Assembly: GCA_047495785.1 (NCBI GenBank)
Contig: JBLDXI010000042.1
Span: 4,650,001 to 4,714,000, forward strand
Length of the DNA: 64,000 nt
Direction of reading: 5' to 3'
Source of the DNA: Lepidodermella squamata
Taxonomy: Eukaryota; Animalia; Gastrotricha
The notes beneath the pieces were generated by a model. It saw only the letters and a list, made by a program, of their open reading frames with translations. It was not told where the DNA came from and did no database searches. Position 1 is the first letter of the stretch. Every line of letters begins with the position of its first letter. The position numbers and the translations under genes were made by a program. Positions 12,120 to 22,220 of this stretch are shown one piece after another.

Positions 12120-13946
12120 ATGGATTCCGACGCAGATGGGCAGCAAAACGCAACCAATAAAACCGAACTTCGAAAGCTTCGGAAAAAGCTGCGAGAAATT
12201 GAAAATTTGGAAAAATTAGCCGCCCAACGCGAATTGCTGCCGGAAGAACTTGAGAAAGTTGCCCGAAAAGCCGAGTACGAACAGCGCCTACGCGAAATTG
12301 AAGCTACCGTCGGGCCAGATTTGTTGGTTGGAAGTCACGCGAAACCATCGAAATCTTTTGTCCAATTACCGGCTTGGGCTTCGTTGAAATTTGATGTCTC
12401 AAAATTCACGGGCCATCTCGAGGAGGTCAAGTCGTTGGCTAACTTCGACTCATCGTCCGGCGTTAATTCAGCTCAATTTGTAAGCACTTCAAATGACACA
12501 ACTGCTCGTATGTGGCAATTTTCACCGAAATCCGTCGAAGAGATTAACGAAGAGAGCGCTCAGAAAACGTCATTCAGTGGCCATACAGCTGTTGTAACGA
12601 GCTCGCAAATCGTTGACGGTCATCGCTGGTTTAGCGGCGATTTTCTAGCTTCGATAACCACAGCACAGGGAGTCAGAAATCGAGCGGATGAGCCGCTTAA
12701 TCTGCTTATAACTTCGTCACTAGACTGTAACATTTGCATATGGTGTCTTGAAAGTGGCAAACAGCTATTCAGGCTCTACACTTACCAGCCAGTCACACAA
12801 ATAGCCGTAGTTGATGTTGATCTTGTTCTTACGGGTACAGAAAGTGGGAAAATTGAGCTGTGGAACCTACGTGAGAAATCAACACTGTATTCTTCGGTTT
12901 TTGACTTGAACGGAGGGTCCATTGACTGGATAGCTAAAGCCAGTGATTCAGGCCATGTTGCCGTTTGTAGCAAAAACGATTTATTAGGCGTGTTTGAGCT
13001 TACATCCGATCCACTAGTTGGCGCGATGTTGCATCAGGTTTTCTCGTCAAATGAGCTGAAAACATCTCGTGGTGATGCGTATTCTCTGCGTAAAGTAACA
13101 TCGCTAGTTGCGCTCGATTCGCGTATTTATTTAACGACAAAACACAGGCCAACAATCAAAGCCATAGGCTGGGATAGCGAATCGAATCAAGAAGTTTCGA
13201 CATCTCTCGTCATCTCGCGATTTGCGGGTCGACATTTCGAAAACGGGTGGTTCGCCGCGTTGAAGATCTGGACGCCGAACGAGGAAGATCCGTCGTATTT
13301 ATTCGCAGTTGAAGCTTCGCCAAATTCGCAAAATCTTGCAGTACACGTTCATTCGTTGCCACATAAGAATTACGCCCTTAGCAATTTTTACCTTGGAAGT
13401 TTGCTGGTTACTTTCGACGACTTTTCCCCCGCTTTTCCGCTCAATCTATCCGTTGGGGCTATGAGACTTCAAAAATGTGGCAGTGACGAACCTGAAAACT
13501 CGGTTTCCCCATGCCTTCTTGCCTCGTCAAACTCTAACTTCCTTATTATCAGTCCTAACCTCTATCCGGAAACTTTGAATAAATTTGAAGGTGCGGAAGA
13601 GGTGAAACCGCTGTCATTCTCGCAATTGGAGCTTCACCCCAAGCCTTCCATGATAAATTTATCTATGGCGCTTCCCCACGAGCAGTTTGATGCTAGTTTC
13701 AGCGATGAAAAAAGCGATCGTTTCACAACGGAGGATGAGCAAACCGGTATGGTCGTGGTTACATCGGCAAAATATGTGCCAGGCATCAAACGAGCTCGCC
13801 TTGAGCCGATTGGTCCAAACGAGGATGACGATAACCCGCCGACTGATATTGAGGAAGACGACGAGTTGCCGTCGACTGATCCGAATGCGGATGCCAACGC
13901 GCAGCAACGGGCTGCGGGATGGAAACGAATGTGCATAATTTTGTAA
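12120..13946 (+). CDS. WD40-repeat protein with N-terminal coiled coil and C-terminal CaaX (CIIL), intronless
   Basis: 608-aa ORF; GH...WQ/W motifs (GHLEEV...DTTARMW, GHTAVV...DCNICIW, GKIELWN); LRKLRKKLREIENLE helix; terminal CIIL. Confidence 0.8.
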   Translation: MDSDADGQQNATNKTELRKLRKKLREIENLEKLAAQRELLPEELEKVARKAEYEQRLREIEATVGPDLLVGSHAKPSKSFVQLPAWASLKFDVSKFTGHLEEVKSLANFDSSSGVNSAQFVSTSNDTTARMWQFSPKSVEEINEESAQKTSFSGHTAVVTSSQIVDGHRWFSGDFLASITTAQGVRNRADEPLNLLITSSLDCNICIWCLESGKQLFRLYTYQPVTQIAVVDVDLVLTGTESGKIELWNLREKSTLYSSVFDLNGGSIDWIAKASDSGHVAVCSKNDLLGVFELTSDPLVGAMLHQVFSSNELKTSRGDAYSLRKVTSLVALDSRIYLTTKHRPTIKAIGWDSESNQEVSTSLVISRFAGRHFENGWFAALKIWTPNEEDPSYLFAVEASPNSQNLAVHVHSLPHKNYALSNFYLGSLLVTFDDFSPAFPLNLSVGAMRLQKCGSDEPENSVSPCLLASSNSNFLIISPNLYPETLNKFEGAEEVKPLSFSQLELHPKPSMINLSMALPHEQFDASFSDEKSDRFTTEDEQTGMVVVTSAKYVPGIKRARLEPIGPNEDDDNPPTDIEEDDELPSTDPNADANAQQRAAGWKRMCIIL

Positions 13947-15023
13947 ATCCTGGCGCTTGTTTTTCTCATTGTTGCTTTTTTTCTGATGCTTTTTATTATA
14001 ACGATGACGGGACTAAAATCTCTGTGTTTTGTACCAATTTTCGTTCGGCCTGATGATGAATGATACTTATTGTTAGAGATCTTCCTTCATTTGAATGTAT
14101 CTGGTGGCTTCTTGAGGCAGTATGTCTTCAAAGTCTGAAATTTCATAATAAAATGAGACTTGACAGTTGCGATGGCTTTGTTTCACCTATTTGTCAATGA
14201 CGCAGTGAAATCCAAGATTCCCCTAATCATAAAACAATTTGTGGAAATGAGAAAAAATTCTAGGCGAGTTTTTTCGGATTTTTTCGCCAACCTAACGGAC
14301 TCGACGTGGCGGAACTCGAAGACTACTCGAAATTGAATAATTGGGTTAGTTTTGGCTTGTATGACACATGTGGTTTGCTGAGCGGTCGCCGATATATTCA
14401 CGGAATTGTGAAATGTGAAATTTCTCAGCAAGTCAACATTCTTGTTTAAACATTAAACAGTGCAGCGTATGAACAGAGTCCGAGTTTTCATTTTCTCGGC
14501 TTATTCACTCACGGGGTCGTAAAGCGGACTTCTTTGAGTTGTGAAAGTGTTGTGAAAGTTGTGAAAGTGTGGTCCATCATTGACCCATTTTTCATGTAAA
14601 AGTCACTATCATACATCATTGCAGCTGCTATTGAAATGAAAGATTATTGAATTTGTTCCAATAGATTTCCGGATGTGGCCTCGCATCGTCTGGCATTTTC
14701 AAAATTTCAGGAAGTACCGGATTTCGCCATTTGGTGATATCACGTGATATCAATTATCAAATGATGGAATACGTTTGAATGCGCATCTTCATTGTCTCAT
14801 ACTTTATCTGTATCCACTCAGTTCCTTTTTTGCGCATGGGAAGTGGGCCGAAATCAAATTAAATTTAATGAAAATTCCGTCTTACTCCGGATAAGATTTC
14901 TGAACGCTGTCTGTGCCGGCTTTCTACCATCCTCACTCAGAAATCGATTGACTTATCTTTTTCGCTCATTCATTCGTCACAATTCTTAGTTATTAGGTAT
15001 TATTTAGCCTTCTCTGCTAAGTG

Positions 15024-15434
15024 ATGACCTTGAAAAATTCCATGCTGATAATATTGGCCGCAATTATTGTCCACAGTTCCACGGCGTATATCATTCTCGG
15101 CGATCTTAACGACGATATGCTTCAATCAGGCGAAGAGCCAGACCCGCCTGAAGCCATCGCACAACCTGAGCATCCATTGGATGAAATCAAGGCTAGAACC
15201 CCAGTGTCTCGGCAGATGCTCAATGAAATGTGGCACGGCATCATGGGAAGATTGTCTGAACTTCGCGGCCATCCTGACAACGTCGAGGGCCGAATTTTTG
15301 CAAAATTTGTGAGAATGATGATGCTCAAGAAGAAAGCTGCAGCTTTCAAAATGCGGAAAGCACAACGGGCCGCTATGCGAAAGTTGCTGGTCTCAAGCTT
15401 CACAGATAGATCTTTTACATCCGCAGAGGCCTGA
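15024..15434 (+). CDS. Secreted LGDxN-family protein 1 (uncharacterised)
   Basis: ATG 15024, hydrophobic signal peptide, ILGDLNDD motif shared with three neighbours, AATAAA downstream (~15515). Confidence 0.75.
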   Translation: MTLKNSMLIILAAIIVHSSTAYIILGDLNDDMLQSGEEPDPPEAIAQPEHPLDEIKARTPVSRQMLNEMWHGIMGRLSELRGHPDNVEGRIFAKFVRMMMLKKKAAAFKMRKAQRAAMRKLLVSSFTDRSFTSAEA

Positions 15435-15858
15435 TTATCTTATATTTTTATAGCAATGAATAGTACCTAATTTAATACAGAGCTTTATTATGAATCATGA
15501 ATAACTATCGAGAAAATAAATAAATGACCTCGTTCAGCTTAGACAAATGCTTCAAATGGTGAATGTAAAAATAGCTATAAGAGGGCTCTCGCTAGCGTGG
15601 GAGAACGGCCACGATCAGACGCTATACTCTATGAAAATACCTAAAATGAATTTCTCATCGCTATACTTGTCCCAAGTGCTGCAATGGCCTTTCTCGAGCA
15701 ATAAAATCAAATACTCTCCGTGACCCGCGTGATTTTAACCACTGGCTAATTGATATCGATTTTCGGAGAGGCACTCAACAAAAATAGCCGTCAACATTTA
15801 AAATCAGTGTCGTTATTTCGAAAAATTAAGGCTAACTGCTTTTGCTTCTGGACTGAAA

Positions 15859-16143
15859 ATGCTTTTCCTAGTTCCGATATTTCTGCTGGTTCTACAGATA
15901 GGAGGGATAACTGCAGTCATGCTGCCCCTAGAAAACGCTCCGGCAATTTCGGCACGAAACTCGATGATACGAAATCAGTTAATCGATTTGCCAATAGTCG
16001 AAAATAGAGCAGCAGCTCCTATTAACATGGAAAGCGAGACTTCGAAGAGGGAATGGATTCCGGCCACGATTCGGCGGCACCTTAAACCTATGAGGCTCAT
16101 TCCGAGAAAGATAATGACAATACGCAGGCGAATTCTTGGATAA
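15859..16143 (+). CDS. Putative secreted cationic peptide precursor
   Basis: Signal peptide MLFLVPIFLLVLQIGGITA, KR dibasic site, 30-aa R/K-rich C-terminal peptide ending in Gly. Confidence 0.6.
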   Translation: MLFLVPIFLLVLQIGGITAVMLPLENAPAISARNSMIRNQLIDLPIVENRAAAPINMESETSKREWIPATIRRHLKPMRLIPRKIMTIRRRILG

Positions 16144-16647
16144 TTGCTCTAGGGACGTTTGTTTTGATTAGCTTGTTGAAGTTTGATTTGATTTCCTCAT
16201 AAAAAATTGGTTAATGGATCACCTTTTTCTGCGTAAGACGAACGTTAATAGGTAGAGCGTGGCAGCAGAAGATCATAACTTCGTCGCTTTTTGTCTATTT
16301 GGCATAATTGAATCAACTATAATAAACGAAGTTATAAGGCTATTTGATGATTGTTTTCTGAATCATGCGGGCTGTTCTCTGCTAAAATACCTACTCGTCA
16401 GCCCCAGACGGGACCTGCTGCTCAATTGCCCGAGATATATTATCCCCAAATGGCCATTATTCTCACAATTCCACGCATTCTCATCCACGTTGACGCGACC
16501 TTTAATTGATATTGATTGATATACCTGTGCATCGGGACGTTCTGGGCCTCGCATCTTTACTGATAAAAGCAATCAAAGCAGCCGAATAATTCTCATATCC
16601 GCTCACAGTCTCACAGAATATCTAATAGCGATTACTGGTTTATCGCA

Positions 16648-17076
16648 ATGTTTGAACGAATTTCTTTCAGCCGAGTGGTTTTCTTAGCTGTGATCTTGCA
16701 ACTTCTTGTCACTGATATCTATGCAGTCGGGTTTCTTGGGGATCTAAATGACGAGTCTTTGCTTGCTTTGGAGCGCGTCGGAAACGATGAAGACAACCTG
16801 AAGCAGCCCGACAATGTTTTGGCTATTGGCGATGTCAAAGTCTTCCTACCAAGAAATGTCCACGTGTCAAGTCACCAGGTTGTTATGAATCGCGTATCCG
16901 AACTAGCGTTGGCTACCGGAATAGAGGCTGATACGTTGAAATCAATGGTCAAGAAACTTCTTCAACAAAAATCTACAGCATATTCAAGCATGAGGCCACC
17001 TATCCGAAAGATACTGAAATCGCGACAGAGAGCTCGCCCTGTTCCGAATCCCTTCGTCGGTGATGAAGTGCAATAA
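16648..17076 (+). CDS. Secreted LGDxN-family protein 2
   Basis: Signal peptide, FLGDLNDE motif, KVFLP motif shared with the 21049 gene, AATAAA at ~17163. Confidence 0.75.
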   Translation: MFERISFSRVVFLAVILQLLVTDIYAVGFLGDLNDESLLALERVGNDEDNLKQPDNVLAIGDVKVFLPRNVHVSSHQVVMNRVSELALATGIEADTLKSMVKKLLQQKSTAYSSMRPPIRKILKSRQRARPVPNPFVGDEVQ

Positions 17077-17398
17077 TCGAGTGGTTGATATGACCTTATT
17101 TCACAGTAATTCTATGCGATGTTGATCACGCGAATTAGAGCTTAAATTTGATCGCCAATAGGAATAAATTGTACTGAAATCTGCATTGAGAGATGTTAAT
17201 GACATTCAAATAAAGAAAAACTCACGATAAAAGTTTTGAATGAGTAATTCAGGTTAAGCTCAGCAATTGTCCTAAGTCTGGAATTAATTATTTTCGGATA
17301 GCAGTTTCACGTGCTGTCACTGGCTGGTCTAGCCTCGTCCGCTTCCAGTTTTACCGGTGAAATCTTTTCATTATTTATAACACCGTAATATTTTAAAA

Positions 17399-17803
17399 AT
17401 GCCGAATTCAAGATGCTTTCTCTTGATCGTCGGCGGGATAAATCTTCTCCGGCTTGCTGAAACTTTCACGATTCTCGGTGATATCAACGAAGATTTATTG
17501 CCGTCATCCGGATATGAAGGAGATGTCGAAGCCGAATCCCAAGGGAAACCTGCTGAGACACCAGATTTCATCCATGCGGGACACTGGGTCTTAACAGCGA
17601 AAGCTCGTGAACAACTGAAAGATTCGATGCTGGGTCGAGCACAAAAGCCTCTTAGCTCGGATTCTGAGGCTAAAATCTTCGAAAGGTACCTGCTTAGCTT
17701 GGAAAAGTCTGGCCGTGGAAAGCGAAAAACACGACCAATACCCCAAAACCTACAAAAATTGGTTTTGTCCGGCGAGCATAATTTGCCCAGCTTGTTTGAA
17801 TGA
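17399..17803 (+). CDS. Secreted LGDxN-family protein 3
   Basis: Signal-like N-terminus, ILGDINED motif, EAKIFERYL block homologous to paralogs. Confidence 0.7.
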   Translation: MPNSRCFLLIVGGINLLRLAETFTILGDINEDLLPSSGYEGDVEAESQGKPAETPDFIHAGHWVLTAKAREQLKDSMLGRAQKPLSSDSEAKIFERYLLSLEKSGRGKRKTRPIPQNLQKLVLSGEHNLPSLFE

Positions 17804-18084
17804 CATTCCTAGTTTGCGATAGCAAGACTCTGCCCTTAAATTTTGACCACTTTGTTTTCTCGTCCGCCTATTCAAGACATTACAGAGATCAGAGATTTTA
17901 TGGAAAAACTTAACGGAACCTTTCTACGAAAGGTCTCTAATACTGGCATGGCGATTTCCTGAATAAAACCAGGCATGGAAGGATGCATTTTTGCGCGGTT
18001 GTAGTTTTAGGTATGAGAATACCATAAATACCTTAAAATTATCAGAGTTCTGCCTTCTCGATTCTGGTATTAAGTCTGTGTGGT

Positions 18085-18444
18085 ATTTACCGGACTCTGG
18101 TCGTGCCAGGCAAAATGGTCCGGTTTAGACGAAGTTCGGATTATTTTACACCAGACAAGTCCGGATTAGGGAAACGTAACGTTAACTTCAGGAATTTTCG
18201 CATTTTAAATGTCATTCAAGTCATACCTTTCCATAAATAATTCAACTGCATAGACCCTAGATGATGCTAGTTCTGGGATGATTGGCCGATTGAAACATTT
18301 CAAATTTTTCGAGGTGTCTCATGCATTTTCCAGCTTAAACCGTCCTCAGATCCCAAAATCCGTCCGGTTTAGACAGCAAAATTATAGTATAAACTTTTGG
18401 ATCGAGCCACCCGAAAACGACCGACTTAGACAGCTTTCACTGTA
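18085..18444. mobile_element. Degenerate non-autonomous Tc1/mariner (pogo/Tigger-like) element, right end only
   Basis: Repeated subterminal TCCGGTTTAGAC motifs ending in ...TTTCACTG-TA, typical of such elements; matching left TIR not found. Confidence 0.35.
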
Positions 18445-18952
18445 TTCAATATATTATTCAACTTTCTATTTCATAGCATGAGCAAAAGCTGCGTGATTCC
18501 GATAGCGAATTTCTTTCACATCATTTTACCGGAATTAATTAAGGCCACTCCATTATGGCGTTTTGCATCATTGAATGCATATAAACATCAAATCTACGCG
18601 GTAAGTAATACAATTACTTATGGCGAGACATTGGAAGGCGTTGGTGGCTTAATAGCACTCAGTAGATCCGTGATCGCCCTGGCGACAATTCTGCTGCGCA
18701 TGGCCATCAATCCTCGGCGGTGTGGTAAACATCTGAATGTAAGCAGTATTTCTTATAGCTAGAAGCTGCGCCTCTTGTAGGCCACACGTGATCTTGCATG
18801 ACGCACGCCGCCGTGCGATCGATCGATGAATTTAGTTTTTTGGCATGCAAAGCTGTTTACTACACTCGCTTTGCCAAATTCTTCATTATGATGTATTGAT
18901 TTAGCGTTTCCGCATTACTAAGCGCCGCTCGAAAACAAAATATCGCCGAGGG

Positions 18953-18960
18953 TATATAAA
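18953..18960 (+). promoter_or_regulatory. TATA box of small HSP gene
   Basis: TATATAAA ~55 bp upstream of ATG 19014. Confidence 0.55.
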
Positions 18961-19013
18961 GGCCGCAGCCGCAAAGCGCAATAGACATTCGCACAAAAAT
19001 TGTCTGGTTTAAA

Positions 19014-19364
19014 ATGCTAAACTCGTTTGAAACTGACGCCGATGGCAATCGAGCAATCCGATGCTGCTTGGACATGCATGATTGCAAGCCTAACAAAATC
19101 AACATTACACTGGACGAAAAAACGCGCCGAATCAGAATTCTAGCCAACTTGGAACCGAAGGCTGAACCAGATTGCGCTTGCGTTCGAAGCGTTTTCCTCC
19201 GCCATCTTTCATTGCCAAACGATCCGAGCATTGATTTGTCCAAACTTGAGCTGAGATCGCAGATGACATGTGACGGGAAGTTGTGCATCGAGGCGTTTCT
19301 TCCCAAGATGCTTCAAGAATCAATTGCAGCTGCTACTCCTGCTATAACAGTTACCGCTGCGTGA
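19014..19364 (+). CDS. Divergent small heat-shock protein (alpha-crystallin-domain-like)
   Basis: LDMHDCKPNKINITL...RHLSLPND...SQMTCDGKLCIEA resembles the HSP20 consensus (LDV..F.PEEI.V...LP...S.LS.DG.L.IEA). Confidence 0.7.
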   Translation: MLNSFETDADGNRAIRCCLDMHDCKPNKINITLDEKTRRIRILANLEPKAEPDCACVRSVFLRHLSLPNDPSIDLSKLELRSQMTCDGKLCIEAFLPKMLQESIAAATPAITVTAA

Positions 19365-20073
19365 CAGATATATCTGCAAAAGCTTCAATTTTAACAGGCA
19401 ATTTGATCTACCTTCTCAAGTTTGTTAACCTCTTTTACCGGTGTTCTTCGCTGTGAAAAACTGTTCATGTTTTTATCGAATAAAACCGGTGTTTTCTATT
19501 TGAACTTTGGTGAATATGAGCCATTTAATTACCAAGTTGATAGTTCCGGTTGGCAAATACACCGAGTTTGGTGCAACTATTGTTATTCACTCCAGCGTGG
19601 CACCTCAAGCGAGAACCTAAGCGATAGTTCAAAGGAAGGTTCCATTCCATCAAAAACTAACTTTAGTGCCATTATGCTGCTACGGTGTACCCGGAAACTA
19701 ACAGTTCAGCTCTAATATCGCCGCCATGCAGCTTGGGATATATCATGAAGGAATTTCAAAGCATAGAAGTTTTTATTTATCAAGTCCAAATTGTGCATGT
19801 ATATTTCGCTTTATAGTTAAAATATATGAATCACCATTGATCAAGCTTTTCAAAAGTTTAAGGAGGCAAAGGACATCAGCAATAGCTTATGCCAATAATT
19901 GATAGAGTTCTTCTATTAAAAATATTGTTTGCAACCACGTTTACATTTCGAAGGTCTCAGTGGAAGATTTTCCAGCGTAATTCGATCTGGAAAACTCGTA
20001 CAAGTCGTCAAAAGTGAAAAGTGCTATCATGGAAGTGGTGATACCTATAACATAGGTGCGATTATAACTATAA

Positions 20074-20223
20074 ACCGTGTACCTCCACCATCTTTCATTT
20101 CCAAACGATCTTCGGGTCAATTGGTCCAAGATTGAGCTGAGGTCGCAGATGACCTGTGACGGTAAGTTCTGTATCGAGATGACATTTCTCTCCAAGATGC
20201 TTCGAAATCCCATTGCATTCTGA
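20074..20223 (+). pseudogene. 5'-truncated duplicate of the 19014 small HSP
   Basis: Open frame TVYLHHLSFPNDLRVNWSKIELRSQMTCDGKFCIEMTFLSKMLRNPIAF* vs SVFLRHLSLPNDPSIDLSKLELRSQMTCDGKLCIEAFLPKMLQESIAA; in-frame TAA immediately upstream (20071-20073). Confidence 0.8.
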
Positions 20224-20541
20224 TTTAGAGCGATTTTCTGATTTTAATTTAGGCAAGTTCGCTTCTATTATAAGCATTCCATCTTTACGCAGATGCGTGT
20301 TGAGTTTCAGTGAAGCCAGGTCAAGTTCCGAAGGCTCCGGCAGGTTGTCCCCGGTTAGGCTAACAGTCTTGGCGCAGAGACGACTTGTTTCTCCAATCGA
20401 CCTGCCGATCACTCGCAAACATCGGGAATTGACGTCTAGAATGACTGAAATTTCTTTCGGGAGAAAATTGCGCATCTCGACGCAACATCGCAGCTTTCGA
20501 ACACCGTTGCCACTCAGCACAACTGAGGCCAGAGTTGTCAT
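20095..20541 (-). CDS. Divergent small heat-shock protein, paralog 2
   Basis: LRCCVEMRNFLPKEISVIL...HLRKDGMLIIEANLPK, homologous to the 19014 gene; first ATG 20541. Confidence 0.7.
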   Translation of the reverse strand: MTTLASVVLSGNGVRKLRCCVEMRNFLPKEISVILDVNSRCLRVIGRSIGETSRLCAKTVSLTGDNLPEPSELDLASLKLNTHLRKDGMLIIEANLPKLKSENRSKSECNGISKHLGEKCHLDTELTVTGHLRPQLNLGPIDPKIVWK

Positions 20542-21048
20542 TTTTATATATGATAAAGTAAAAAGCGAAGTCACAATTTCTGTGGGAAACAGGCCAGATT
20601 TTAAACACTCACACCTTCGTGCATCATGGGCAGCCGCGTGACTTCAGGTTAAATCGAAATCGATATGAATGCGCGGTGTTTTTGCCTCATTCCTAACCGC
20701 CTCGCTGGTCATGTGAGACGTAGGCTCTTAACCCAAGGGAGACATGGTCGTCTTCAGATTTGATTTGCCATCAAGGGGGTAGTATCAAGGGTAGTACACA
20801 TGTGCGATTCTTTATCAACCCATCAGGTTTCAATAAACAGTGATCAGCTTTGTCTTAAATTCAATTGCGTACCTATTTCCATCATTATCAGCCACGTGTT
20901 CAATTTTAAGGATTCTGTTTCATTAGGGGACGCTATGCCGGTATGATGAAGCTATGCCGATATGTCTTCTGCGGGATTTACTACGACATATGGCTAATAT
21001 TCGGTTATAAAAATGAGGTTATGAGGTAAACCGCGTGGTTTTGACGCC

Positions 21049-21585
21049 ATGTCTGAATTGTCAGTCGAGTGCCAACCTACTTCTAATCGTTCTGGCCACA
21101 AAGCCACGCGGTATTCATCCTATATATTTAAAGTTGTACATTATTACCGTTTCACACTGACGGCACCTCAAGTTTCACATTTCAACATCATACAAGTGCA
21201 AGTTTTTCAAGCTTTCTTTTGGATGAGTTATTTAGCCGTAGTCGCTTCTTACGGATCCCTCAGCGACTTCAACGATGATTTCTTGCTCGCTAGTGAAGAA
21301 GCCAATCGCGATGAACAAGTCAAGGATGTGAAGAAAGCCTTGCAGGTCGATGGAACTAAGGTTTTCTTGCCGTCGAATCTTCGCTCTCATTTGATGAGAA
21401 GGATGAAAGCCCGCTTGGCCGATATAGCTTCGATATCTTCAATCGAGGCCCGCATCTTGGGAAAATTTCTGATGGCAAAAGCGGCGAAAGAGCGAGCTAT
21501 CGCAAAGAAAATCCAGAAGAACGACCGCCAGCTTATGCGTAAAATTAAAACTTTCGATGCTAGGGAGCATCTGATTTCGGAATGA
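21049..21585 (+). CDS. Secreted LGDxN-family protein 4 (start uncertain)
   Basis: SLSDFNDDFLLA, KVFLPSN, EARILGKFL blocks match paralogs; the true start is probably downstream of 21049. Confidence 0.65.
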   Translation: MSELSVECQPTSNRSGHKATRYSSYIFKVVHYYRFTLTAPQVSHFNIIQVQVFQAFFWMSYLAVVASYGSLSDFNDDFLLASEEANRDEQVKDVKKALQVDGTKVFLPSNLRSHLMRRMKARLADIASISSIEARILGKFLMAKAAKERAIAKKIQKNDRQLMRKIKTFDAREHLISE

Positions 21586-22220
21586 ACTCATTGTTTATAG
21601 AGTTACTGAATGAACTGTTTAATGGTGTCTATTAAGCCTGTTCATGTGCATACCTAGCAAAGATTGTATTGGTCTAAAATGAATGCTTCGAATTGAATCC
21701 CATATTTTCAACCTCTTAGCAGCCCAGATGTCTTTAAAGATCATTTATGACTCCTTGGAGCACTAACCAGCAAATTTAGGAAAATATTAGGATCGATTTT
21801 CATATGATGCCTCCCTATCTGGTATATTAAACTAGCATTTCAGACCCTCGGATGGCATCTGGATGCATTTCAGGCCTCAAAAGCAACGGCAATAGTTAGG
21901 TTGGCTGAGAAACGGAAGCGCCGAATTTACTAATAAGCCATCTCGAGCAATAACAGACAATCGGATTATTGATTTAAGGTGCCTGGCCAGGTACTTGTTT
22001 TTGTCTTTATTTAATTAGCTTCCAGAATAATTCGATACAACAATTATTGTCAAATTAACAAATGGCCATTCGTGGCCCGTGAGTACATTTGCCTGGCTTA
22101 AGATCGATTGCGCACACAATGCATTTTGTCCTCTCAACGTATACACAGAGGACAATTTTTCCTTTGGGTAAGGGAAGAAAATCCTCATTTCCGCCATCAT
22201 TAATCACGCAATCATAAAAA

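Noticed and set aside
15090-15115. EEP nuclease/LINE endonuclease from the ILGDLN motif
   Set aside because: The motif directly follows a signal peptide in ~135-aa proteins lacking all other EEP motifs
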